A DNA stretch of 64,000 bases from a virus, in IMG/VR virus record IMGVR_UViG_3300033146_000946, positions 1-64,000 of that record, one strand, 5' to 3'. The notes under the pieces were generated by a model that was given only the letters and a program-made list of their open reading frames with translations, ran no database searches and was not told where the DNA came from. The stretch's first letter is position 1; every line of letters starts with the position of its first letter. The position numbers and the translations under genes were made by a program. Positions 1-8,080 of the stretch are shown here, piece after piece.

Positions 1-246
1 GATGTAATAGTAAAAGTAGAAGGTGGATTATTATCATTTACAGCTACAAGTACTTCTACAAATGGTGAATCAGCATCTTGGACACAAATATTATCAGGTA
101 TAACAAATGCTTATGTTGAAGGATATGTAGGATTTGGTGCAGCTGATACATGGGAATCATCTGTATATACATGGTATTTTCAAGAATTAAATGAATTAAC
201 ACCTCAACCTAGTAATCCTAGACCTAGGTTTTGGGTTATAAGTTAA
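1..246 (+). CDS. 3' end of a truncated gene, probably a virion beta-sandwich/lectin-like protein
   Basis: Frame 1 is open from base 1 to TAA at 244-246 (..EGYVGFGAADTWESSVYTWYFQE..); the stop overlaps the AGGAG RBS of the next gene. Confidence 0.6.
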   Translation, partial: DVIVKVEGGLLSFTATSTSTNGESASWTQILSGITNAYVEGYVGFGAADTWESSVYTWYFQELNELTPQPSNPRPRFWVIS

Positions 247-257
247 GGAGAATAAAA

Positions 258-728
258 ATGGATAATATAAAAACATTTCATTTACAAAGTAAATTAGGTG
301 TAACAGATGGATCAATTGTTAGTATAATTAATCCATATATAGATGGTGCTTTTCCATATTGGATATCAAATGGAACAGGTGCTAGATTAATTAAAATAAA
401 AGCAATGGCTGGTGAAGTCGTTGCAGGAATGGGTGGAGGTACTGTTGTTACAAAAATCTACAGAACTGATGCACATGCTATATCTGATAATCCTGACATA
501 TCAACTCATGGTTTATCATCAACTAAAATAACAGATACTTGGGAATATTTAACAGAAATAGATTATTCTGCTTCTAATACTGAAATGCAATATGGTGTAG
601 ATTTTAGAATGGTTAATATTAATATAGATAAGCCGTCATTTATAATAGGTGTTGTTGAATTAGTTGGTGATATAAAAATTGAAAATTTATTTATGTGGAT
701 TGAATATGTTGATAATCCATTAGAATAA
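258..728 (+). CDS. Hypothetical virion-type protein, paralogous to the C-terminal domain of 1541..2341
   Basis: ATG 258 follows an AAGGAG RBS, so the TTG at 231 is an unlikely start; shares PY..KIK..GE / EID / I.[ND].F.W..Y pattern with 1541 ORF. Confidence 0.7.
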   Translation: MDNIKTFHLQSKLGVTDGSIVSIINPYIDGAFPYWISNGTGARLIKIKAMAGEVVAGMGGGTVVTKIYRTDAHAISDNPDISTHGLSSTKITDTWEYLTEIDYSASNTEMQYGVDFRMVNINIDKPSFIIGVVELVGDIKIENLFMWIEYVDNPLE

Positions 729-738
729 GGATAATATT

Positions 739-885
739 ATGACAGAATTATTAAAAGAATTAATTAAAAAAGTTGATTCTATTGAAAATAAATTAGATAA
801 TATTACTGAAAAAATAAGTAATATTGAATCTGATATTAATCGATTAAAAAAACGAATTGATTTTATAGAACAAGATATAAAATAA
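739..885 (+). CDS. 48-aa coiled-coil peptide (not in ORF track)
   Basis: AAGGA RBS; MTELLKELIKKVDSIENKLDNITEKISNIESDINRLKKRIDFIEQDIK shows a clean heptad pattern and fills the gap exactly. Confidence 0.7.
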   Translation: MTELLKELIKKVDSIENKLDNITEKISNIESDINRLKKRIDFIEQDIK

Positions 886-887
886 TT

Positions 888-1406
888 ATGAAACATTTAA
901 TTTCTAAGTTTATCTTTGCTTTTGAATTATCTATTTTTATAACTAGTTGTGCTATTATTCTTAAAAATCCAATAGTAGTTCATAATGATAAAGCTAGTGG
1001 TGATATTTATTTTCATAAACAATGTGAAGAAACTAATACACGAGAACAAACATCTAGAAAACAAACTGCAGTTTCTGCTACTAAAAGATTAGGTGGATTA
1101 GATGCAATTCAAATTGTTAATGATGAATTAGAACAATATGATAAACAAAAAGATGCACAATTAAAAAAGGTTGAACAATCTTTAGATTCTGATAGTTCAC
1201 GTTTGGAATTTTTAAGAGTACAATTAATAGATGCTAAAAAACAGCGAACATTATATGAGACTATTTTTAAAGAATTACAAACAGATAGCACTGCTGCTAA
1301 ATTTCAAGTAGAACAAGCTAGAACTGATTGGCAAGATTCAGAAGATAAAGTTGTAAATTTAATTGCTGAAATTAGAGCATTAAAAGTTAAACTTGGAGTT
1401 AAATAA
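888..1406 (+). CDS. Membrane-anchored or lipoprotein-like coiled-coil protein (spanin-like candidate)
   Basis: Basic N-terminus, hydrophobic stretch, ITSC lipobox-like motif, long C-terminal coiled coil. Confidence 0.5.
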   Translation: MKHLISKFIFAFELSIFITSCAIILKNPIVVHNDKASGDIYFHKQCEETNTREQTSRKQTAVSATKRLGGLDAIQIVNDELEQYDKQKDAQLKKVEQSLDSDSSRLEFLRVQLIDAKKQRTLYETIFKELQTDSTAAKFQVEQARTDWQDSEDKVVNLIAEIRALKVKLGVK

Positions 1407-1407
1407 T

Positions 1408-1551
1408 ATGAATAATTATAATAAAAATAAAGTAATAACTATAATAATATGGATAGTTTTTATATTATTATTAATACGTATGTGTCCTAGATTAGACTAT
1501 ACGACATATTTCATAAATTATGATAAAAAGGAGATAAAACATGATAGATAA
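1408..1551 (+). CDS. 47-aa single-TM peptide (not in ORF track)
   Basis: MNNYNKNKVITIIIWIVFILLLIRMCP...; starts 2 nt after the previous stop; no clear RBS. Confidence 0.4.
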   Translation: MNNYNKNKVITIIIWIVFILLLIRMCPRLDYTTYFINYDKKEIKHDR

Positions 1552-2341
1552 AAATGTTTTAAGTTTCGAAGATGGATTGAATATTAATATTGGTGAGGCA
1601 AGTTCATATAAAATTACTTATGGTGATTATTGTGAAGATTGCACTGAAACATTATTTGATTTACATTGGGATGAAGATAGTTGTTTAAATTATAAATTAG
1701 ATATTTATAGTGAAACTGAATTTAAATGTGATGTTACAATTGATGCTAATTTATCAGTCAATGAAAACACATTTCTATATGGTGATGTTGAAGTAGATGG
1801 TGATTCAATATTTAATGGTGATGTTACATTTAATGGTGATGTTAATGGTATTGAAGTATCATGTACTAGTAGTAATACAATTCTTTTATATAAAGATAAA
1901 AGCGTTCCAAATTATAGTATTTTAGGTGTAAATGGTTCGGATGCTTTACCAGATATGCCATATGTAGCTTCTAAAAAAATTAAAATAACTAAATTAAAAT
2001 TATTAATTGGTGAATCTAAAATAGAAGCAGATGATACTTTTAAAATAAATTTATATGAAACTGAATTAAATGGATTAGTTGGATATGATGCTAATACATC
2101 TAGCATAACATATATATCTAATATAAATCCTAATATAATTAATAAATTATATGAAATAGATTTAGATTGCGCAAATATGAATACTGATGCATATGGTAAT
2201 AGACGATATAGATATGTCACTTTAGATGTTGATATTGAAACAACATTTGTACCTGCTGCATTAATTGGTGAAGTACAAACATCAGTTAAAGGAATAGATG
2301 ATATATTCTTATGGGTTAAATATAATGATATAGAGGAATAA
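1541..2341 (+). CDS. Hypothetical virion protein: short beta-helix-like repeats plus C-terminal domain paralogous to 258..728
   Basis: AAGGAG RBS; GDVEVDGDSIFNGDVTFNGDV hexapeptide-like repeats. Confidence 0.65.
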   Translation: MIDKNVLSFEDGLNINIGEASSYKITYGDYCEDCTETLFDLHWDEDSCLNYKLDIYSETEFKCDVTIDANLSVNENTFLYGDVEVDGDSIFNGDVTFNGDVNGIEVSCTSSNTILLYKDKSVPNYSILGVNGSDALPDMPYVASKKIKITKLKLLIGESKIEADDTFKINLYETELNGLVGYDANTSSITYISNINPNIINKLYEIDLDCANMNTDAYGNRRYRYVTLDVDIETTFVPAALIGEVQTSVKGIDDIFLWVKYNDIEE

Positions 2342-2342
2342 T

Positions 2343-2900
2343 ATGGAATTATTTACTGAAATTTCTAATAAATGGGAATTAATATTAGCAGTTATATATA
2401 TTATTTATAATGAATATAAAAGATATAAAAATACAAATGATAATTTACTTAAAGATAAAATATTATTAATAGAACAATTAGCAAAAGAAAATCAAAAAGA
2501 TTTTGATGAAATTAAATTTAATTATTATAAAGAAATTGAACGATTTACTATTAATAAAATAAAACATTTTAATAATAATATTATTATTCAATATAACAAT
2601 TTAGATATAATTAAACTTTTAGCTATTGATGATTTATTAATTAGAACTGGATTAAAAATTCAAGATGAATTAATGAGTCATGTGTTAACAAATGGATATC
2701 ACGATTTAAATCATACTGAATTAGAAGATTATATTATATATATTTCTGATATAGTATTTGATATTTATCAACGTAAATTATTAGCTAATGATCTAGGAAT
2801 TTCAGTATTTGATTATATTGATAGAAATGAAATAATAGCATATGTTCGAGATATAATTCAAACTTCAATTAATATTAAAAATAGGTTGAATAATCTATAA
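2343..2900 (+). CDS. Hypothetical protein with N-terminal TM segment (holin-like topology possible)
   Basis: WELILAVIYIIY followed by basic residues, then a soluble helical domain; GAGG RBS. Confidence 0.55.
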   Translation: MELFTEISNKWELILAVIYIIYNEYKRYKNTNDNLLKDKILLIEQLAKENQKDFDEIKFNYYKEIERFTINKIKHFNNNIIIQYNNLDIIKLLAIDDLLIRTGLKIQDELMSHVLTNGYHDLNHTELEDYIIYISDIVFDIYQRKLLANDLGISVFDYIDRNEIIAYVRDIIQTSINIKNRLNNL

Positions 2901-2914
2901 AATTATACTATATT
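2886..2914 (+). promoter_or_regulatory. sigma70-like promoter TTGAAT-N17-TATATT
   Basis: Near-consensus hexamers with 17-nt spacing, upstream of the non-structural gene island; overlaps a degenerate ATTATACTA copy of the late motif. Confidence 0.5.
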
Positions 2915-2948
2915 ATAAATAGATCATATTATAATATAGGAGGTTAAT

Positions 2949-3095
2949 ATGACATTAGATGAAGTAATTATTAAAGCTTATGACAGTACTGGTGATATCA
3001 TTCAAACTATTAAAGTTTTGAAAGAAGAAATAGTAAAATTAAGCGAAGAAAATTCTAAATTAAAAAAAGAATTAGAGGATAATCAAAATGATTAA
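2949..3095 (+). CDS. 48-aa coiled-coil peptide (not in ORF track)
   Basis: Strong AGGAGG RBS; MTLDEVIIKAYDSTGDIIQTIKVLKEEIVKLSEENSKLKKELEDNQND. Confidence 0.7.
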   Translation: MTLDEVIIKAYDSTGDIIQTIKVLKEEIVKLSEENSKLKKELEDNQND

Positions 3096-3621
3096 TCTCA
3101 GAAAATTGATGACTCCAAAATTGGAGTCATCTTTTATTGATGTAGATCTTAAATATATGAGTAGTATTCAACTGAAAATGTTGAATTTTATAAAAAATAA
3201 TCCTAGAAGTATTATTACTGCTCCAAGACAAATTGGTAAAACTTTATTTTTAATTATGGCTGCAGCAGTTAGCAATAATAATGTTTGTATTATATCTTTA
3301 CATAATAATATTAATAAATTTATATTTGAAATGGCAAAAAAATGTTATTCTGATAATAATATAGAATTTACATTTAATACCAATGCTAAAATTATTATGA
3401 TAGATGATAAAAAAATAGTATTTAAATCTCGATATAATGATTTATCTAATTATGATAATTATGATATATATGTCGATGAATGTTATATGTTTCCAGATTT
3501 AGGAAAATTACCTATTAAAGATGCTGATACTTGTGTAATGGTTGGTACTCCTAATTCTAATAACTTTAATTATAATAACATAGGTTTATTTGCTGGATTA
3601 AATATCAATGGAGATTCATAA
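3088..3621 (+). CDS. Stand-alone terminase-like ATPase domain (no nuclease domain)
   Basis: Q motif (SSIQ), Walker A PRQIGKT, Walker B IYVDE, coupling motif GTP, then stop. Confidence 0.7.
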   Translation: MINLRKLMTPKLESSFIDVDLKYMSSIQLKMLNFIKNNPRSIITAPRQIGKTLFLIMAAAVSNNNVCIISLHNNINKFIFEMAKKCYSDNNIEFTFNTNAKIIMIDDKKIVFKSRYNDLSNYDNYDIYVDECYMFPDLGKLPIKDADTCVMVGTPNSNNFNYNNIGLFAGLNINGDS

Positions 3622-3869
3622 TGAAAATATCTGAACTTGAATCAAAAATTAATTTACTAAAATTAGATGATGATGATGTTATATGGAATATAAGAATGCC
3701 AGATAAATCATGTGAGATTTGTGGTGGACATGGTATTAAAGCATGGGATGGTGAAGATTCAGTTTTATGTGAATGTTTATATTCAACTGATTCAACTAGA
3801 GAACTCATGCCATTTGTAATTCTTCGAGGATTGCATAATTTAAAAAGAAGGCAGGTATATGATGAGTAG
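3621..3869 (+). CDS. Small zinc-finger protein
   Basis: CEICGGHG (DnaJ-type CxxCxGxG) and CEC. Confidence 0.6.
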   Translation: MKISELESKINLLKLDDDDVIWNIRMPDKSCEICGGHGIKAWDGEDSVLCECLYSTDSTRELMPFVILRGLHNLKRRQVYDE

Positions 3870-4056
3870 AATTGATTCAGCAGCTTTCGATGATATGTTA
3901 ACAGTTCAGGATATAACTAGAGTTAAATCTTCGGCTGATGTTATTAATAAAAATCGAGAGAATGCAAAAGAGCGTAATGCAGGAAAAAATTATGGTAAAA
4001 ATCAGAAAACTAGTACAGTTTTAACTGATAAAAAGAAATGTAAAAAAAAGAAATAA
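3859..4056 (+). CDS. Small basic hypothetical protein
   Basis: Overlaps previous stop; Lys-rich C-terminus. Confidence 0.55.
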   Translation: MMSRIDSAAFDDMLTVQDITRVKSSADVINKNRENAKERNAGKNYGKNQKTSTVLTDKKKCKKKK

Positions 4057-4058
4057 AC

Positions 4059-4340
4059 ATGAATGAATTTATATATCTAGCAAATTTTAAATTTAGTAAT
4101 CTAACTATTGATAAATTCTTAATTATCAAAATAACTAAATTTTTTATTAAAACAATAGATATAAATGGTCAAATTATTTATTTTTCTAATACATTAGAGG
4201 AGATAGCATTTACTGAGTTAAATGCTATCTTTAATTTATTAAATAAAATTAATAAAGAAATAGGATTACATCCAGAATATAAATCGTTTTTATTACATAA
4301 ACAAAGAATTATTGAAAAATATTATAAAAAACTTGATTAA
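4059..4340 (+). CDS. Hypothetical protein
   Basis: ORF fills the gap in the operon. Confidence 0.5.
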   Translation: MNEFIYLANFKFSNLTIDKFLIIKITKFFIKTIDINGQIIYFSNTLEEIAFTELNAIFNLLNKINKEIGLHPEYKSFLLHKQRIIEKYYKKLD

Positions 4341-4361
4341 TTATATATTATATATTATATT
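4333..4361 (+). promoter_or_regulatory. sigma70-like promoter TTGATT-N17-TATATT for dut
   Basis: 17-nt spacing; same -10 hexamer as the 2886 promoter; AT-rich context lowers certainty. Confidence 0.5.
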
Positions 4362-4390
4362 ATAAGAGTCATTAGAAAAGGAGAATATTG

Positions 4391-5008
4391 ATGGCTGAAA
4401 CAAATACTATTAAAAAAGAAAACAAAATAACATTAAAAGTTGAAAAAATTTATGATAATGCACCTTTACCAACTAAACCTACAACTGAAACTGATGCTGG
4501 TTATGATATAGTAGCTCATAATGTAAAAAGAATATATGCACATTTTGGTTCTAATAGTGAAAGAATTTTAGAAGATGAAGACATGGAATATAAATTTGTT
4601 GAACCTGGTGTAATTGAACTTCAACAAGGTGAACGTGCTTTAATTGGTACTGGACTTAAAATGACAGTTGGACCTGGTTATGAAATACAAGTTAGACCAA
4701 GAAGTGGTCTTGCTCTCAAACAAGGATTAACAGTAGTAAATACTCCTGGAACTATCGATGAAGCATTTAGAAATGAAGTTGGTGTAATAATTATGAATAC
4801 TTCTCGAAAAGCACAAAGAATTAAATTAGGTGATAGAATTGCTCAAATTGTACCTAAAAAAGTTGAATTATTAGAAATTGAAGAAACTAAATTAAATGAT
4901 GATACAGATAGAGGTAAAGGTGGATTTGGACATAGTAATGATAAAGATTTTGTAGAACCTATAGATTTTGGAAATAAAAATAAATCTACACCTTTTAATT
5001 TTATGTAG
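4391..5008 (+). CDS. dut: Trimeric dUTPase
   Basis: All five motifs present: AGYD, RPRSG, GTIDEAFRNE, GDRIAQ, RGKGGFGHS; AGGAG RBS favours ATG 4391. Confidence 0.95.
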   Translation: MAETNTIKKENKITLKVEKIYDNAPLPTKPTTETDAGYDIVAHNVKRIYAHFGSNSERILEDEDMEYKFVEPGVIELQQGERALIGTGLKMTVGPGYEIQVRPRSGLALKQGLTVVNTPGTIDEAFRNEVGVIIMNTSRKAQRIKLGDRIAQIVPKKVELLEIEETKLNDDTDRGKGGFGHSNDKDFVEPIDFGNKNKSTPFNFM

Positions 5009-5035
5009 AATAACTATACTATATGTAGACTTACT

Positions 5036-5063
5036 AAAGGCAGAATTGTCTGCCTTTTTATTT
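5036..5063 (+). terminator. Intrinsic terminator after dut
   Basis: AAAGGCAGA-attg-TCTGCCTTT followed by TTATTT. Confidence 0.75.
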
Positions 5064-5084
5064 AAAAATTTATGGAGATGTATT

Positions 5085-5561
5085 ATGAAATTTACAATAG
5101 ATACAGATTTAACTAGCCAAGGTACAGCTATTTTAAAAGATGGTGTGAATATTGGTGAAGATAGAATGATTGCTTCAATATCATTTACAGCAGAAGGAAA
5201 AAATAAGAAGTATAATGAAGATTCTTATATTTATTTAAATATTACATCATTTGATTCAGATGGTAATGTTTATAGAGAAACTTTTGGTAAAAATAAAAAT
5301 ATACAAGATAATATCACACCTATTGGTGTTGAAGATTCAGCTAAATTAGATATGGCAGATTTTGAACAATTTATTGGTGTGAAAGTTGAAGATTCAGAAG
5401 AATCTAATACAGATGAGAAATCAGAATTAATTGATAATATTATTAAGATTTCAGCAGAAAAGAAAATCAAATGTGCTTCTAAAGAAATTCTTTCTAAAAG
5501 AAGTATAGATAGCTTGAAAGATAAGCTGGCCGATCTAGGTTTCACTTCCGATGAAGCCTAA
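5085..5561 (+). CDS. Hypothetical protein with scaffold-like C-terminal helix
   Basis: GGAG RBS before ATG 5085 (the track start at 4968 runs through a terminator); C-terminus resembles the end of the scaffold. Confidence 0.7.
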   Translation: MKFTIDTDLTSQGTAILKDGVNIGEDRMIASISFTAEGKNKKYNEDSYIYLNITSFDSDGNVYRETFGKNKNIQDNITPIGVEDSAKLDMADFEQFIGVKVEDSEESNTDEKSELIDNIIKISAEKKIKCASKEILSKRSIDSLKDKLADLGFTSDEA

Positions 5562-5624
5562 ACATAACATTATATAAAACAAACCCCAGTTTTATATAAA
5601 AGCATTTCCAATTACCTTTCTATC

Positions 5625-5662
5625 AGAAGAGTGTATCACTAGATATACTCTTCTTTTATTTT
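5625..5662 (+). terminator. Intrinsic terminator
   Basis: AGAAGAGTGTATC-acta-GATATACTCTTCT followed by a T-tract. Confidence 0.8.
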
Positions 5663-5663
5663 A

Positions 5664-5677
5664 TACTATACTATATT
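5664..5677 (+). promoter_or_regulatory. Putative late promoter motif TACTATACTATATT
   Basis: Directly after a terminator, 47 nt before the ATG; motif recurs before other structural units. Confidence 0.7.
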
Positions 5678-5710
5678 TGACATGTAAATGTCTAATATAA
5701 GGAGATTAAT

Positions 5711-6007
5711 ATGAGATACTATTTAAGTGATACAACTGTTACTGTTACACCACCTAGTGGTTTATATATTGTTGTAGAAGACATTGATGGAACTGGTACT
5801 ATTGAAATACAAGATAGTTTAGGTACTACTTTAACAAGTAATCCTCTTCCACAAAAATATCCATATCCTGTAGATATTATAGCAACTGGACAAGTTGAAG
5901 TTTTAGTATCTTATGCAGGCGATAATTATAGTGAAAAAACATTCGAAAGCAATGGAAGTACTGGACATTATCCTGGTAAATGGGGTTCTGGTGTAGGAGC
6001 TAAATAA
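5711..6007 (+). CDS. Small beta-rich hypothetical protein (virion?)
   Basis: AAGGAG RBS; alternating beta-strand pattern. Confidence 0.65.
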   Translation: MRYYLSDTTVTVTPPSGLYIVVEDIDGTGTIEIQDSLGTTLTSNPLPQKYPYPVDIIATGQVEVLVSYAGDNYSEKTFESNGSTGHYPGKWGSGVGAK

Positions 6008-6114
6008 TGTTTACAGGTAGAAGAAGATCTATTAATAAACGTAAACAAAATAATATTATTAAAAATAAAGCTATTATCAAAATTAAAGAAATTAAACGTA
6101 AAAAAAGTAGGTAA
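6007..6114 (+). CDS. 35-aa highly basic peptide (not in ORF track)
   Basis: TAATG coupling; MFTGRRRSINKRKQNNIIKNKAIIKIKEIKRKKSR; ends 3 nt before the next ATG. Confidence 0.5.
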   Translation: MFTGRRRSINKRKQNNIIKNKAIIKIKEIKRKKSR

Positions 6115-6116
6115 TT

Positions 6117-6521
6117 ATGGATAATGCTAAAATAATACGAGTTGAAACTGATCCAAATTATGGTACATTTGGTGTATTAACATTGAATGGTGAAGTTGCA
6201 TGTGTAACACTTGAACCATATTCTATGGATAATAGAAAGAACATATCCTGTATACCAACAGGACAATATATCTGTAAAAGATATCATTCTAAAAAACATC
6301 CTAATACATTTCAAGTTACTAATGTTGCTGGTAGAAGTAGTATTTTAATACATCCTGGTAATATTAAAAAACATACAAATGGTTGTATTTTATTAGGATC
6401 AGAATTTGGAATATTAGGAAATAAAAATGGTATATTAGAATCAAGTAAAGCCTTTGATAAATTTATGAAATTTTTTGAAGGAAAAGATGAATTTAGATTA
6501 ACAATTGTAGAGGAATTTTAA
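6117..6521 (+). CDS. DUF5675-family protein (L,D-peptidase-like, candidate endolysin)
   Basis: TFGVL, TLE, SCIPTGQY, RSSILIHPGN, TNGCILLG with His/Cys pair. Confidence 0.8.
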   Translation: MDNAKIIRVETDPNYGTFGVLTLNGEVACVTLEPYSMDNRKNISCIPTGQYICKRYHSKKHPNTFQVTNVAGRSSILIHPGNIKKHTNGCILLGSEFGILGNKNGILESSKAFDKFMKFFEGKDEFRLTIVEEF

Positions 6522-6522
6522 A

Positions 6523-7185
6523 ATGTCAAAAGATACTAATTTGCGGAAAAAATTAAATGATAATCAAGAAATATCAATTATAGAAGAAGAACTAGGAGAT
6601 TTATCTCCTCTTCTTTCCATGTATCCAGAAGAAGCATTAGATAAACTAATTAAAAATAAAGATAAATTAACTAAAATATCTAAGATGTTTGAAAGTGGTG
6701 GAATTAATGCTGTTTCTACTTCTGTTATGTTAATGAGATGTAATCAATCTGATTGCCCATATCGATTATCATGTCCTTTATTAAAAGCAGGAATTGCACC
6801 TGAAGGTTATACTTGTCCTATTGAAAAAAAATTAAGTAGTGAATTAGAATTAACATTAATAAAAGATCTAGGAATAGATCCACAAGATACTGTAGAAATG
6901 GAATTATTATTTGATTTTATTGATGCTAAATTATTAGATATGAGAACATCTGGTATGTTAGCTAATACTTCTTTAGTACAAGAAATTACAAAAGAAGGTA
7001 GAGGTGGAGCTACAATGAGTCGTGATGTTGCACCAGAATTTACTATTAAAATGGATTTAAAATCTTTAAAATCTAAATTATTAAATGAATTCATGGCTAC
7101 TCGTTTATCTAAAAAAAGATATGGTATATCTGGAAGTTCTACTATGGAAGAAATAATTAGAAATGCAATGGAAGGTAACGTATAA
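6523..7185 (+). CDS. Terminase small subunit candidate with Cys4 zinc motif
   Basis: CxxxxCPYxxxCP..CPIE followed by helix-hairpin-helix pattern; upstream of TerL; function inferred from position. Confidence 0.4.
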   Translation: MSKDTNLRKKLNDNQEISIIEEELGDLSPLLSMYPEEALDKLIKNKDKLTKISKMFESGGINAVSTSVMLMRCNQSDCPYRLSCPLLKAGIAPEGYTCPIEKKLSSELELTLIKDLGIDPQDTVEMELLFDFIDAKLLDMRTSGMLANTSLVQEITKEGRGGATMSRDVAPEFTIKMDLKSLKSKLLNEFMATRLSKKRYGISGSSTMEEIIRNAMEGNV

Positions 7186-8078
7186 TGATTAATATAATGA
7201 ATTTTAATAACTCGGACGATGCTTTTAATTTAATTGATATGGAAAAAGATATTGCCGATAGAGCTAAAAATACTACATCAAAATTTTATGGTCCTGCTGT
7301 TCCAGATTCACATTCATTTAAAGTAAAATATAATTCGTTTTATAAATTCTATTATGTTGAACATAAAATTGAAGAAGAAAATAAAAATAGAACTGATCCA
7401 AAAAAGAAAAAAGTAAAAAAGAAAAAAAAGAATAAAAAGAAACAAGGTGATCCAATTGTTAAAATTCAAAAAGTTGAAGATGAAGTACATAAAAATAATA
7501 GACAAAATATTGCAGATACTAGACATACAAAAGCAACTGAAGAACAAAAAAAACGACATAAAAATTCTAAAAATAAAAATAGAAAAAGTGATAGTAAAAC
7601 TAAAAAAAATAGAGTTACTAAAACTAATTCAGTTATAAATAAAGTTGGTATTAAATTAGATGGTTTTAAAAAGTTTTTTACGGAAGATCCTAGATTAAAA
7701 CAATATGGATCAAAAGCTTTAAATTATATGAAAGCTAATAAATTAAAAGCTGGCGCTGCAGTTGTTGGATTAATATTTGCAGCAGGAATGTTTAAACGAC
7801 AAGATAAAAAACCACAATTAGTTTCTTTTAATCCATATCAATTTAGTGCTAGACAATCTGCCTATTTACCTGGTTCTTATAGAAGAGGTTTTAGTGAAAT
7901 AAAAGAATTAACAACTGATTTTGGATCTAGAGTACATTTAGATAAAACTATAACTAAAAAATTGATGACAGCAATTAATAGTACTAGAAATGGATTTAGA
8001 ACAAATACTAATGCTATAATAAATAGAAATATAGCATTGAGTGCACATAAAAATGCAATTAATCATATGAGGTATTAA
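7185..8078 (+). CDS. Very basic protein with poly-Lys tract and one hydrophobic helix (core/ejection protein candidate)
   Basis: KKKKVKKKKKNKKK; AGAAVVGLIFAAGMF. Confidence 0.6.
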   Translation: MINIMNFNNSDDAFNLIDMEKDIADRAKNTTSKFYGPAVPDSHSFKVKYNSFYKFYYVEHKIEEENKNRTDPKKKKVKKKKKNKKKQGDPIVKIQKVEDEVHKNNRQNIADTRHTKATEEQKKRHKNSKNKNRKSDSKTKKNRVTKTNSVINKVGIKLDGFKKFFTEDPRLKQYGSKALNYMKANKLKAGAAVVGLIFAAGMFKRQDKKPQLVSFNPYQFSARQSAYLPGSYRRGFSEIKELTTDFGSRVHLDKTITKKLMTAINSTRNGFRTNTNAIINRNIALSAHKNAINHMRY

Positions 8079-8080
8079 TT

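Noticed and set aside
4968-5084. N-terminal extension of the 4968 ORF
   Set aside because: Overlaps dut and crosses a terminator; the RBS supports ATG 5085
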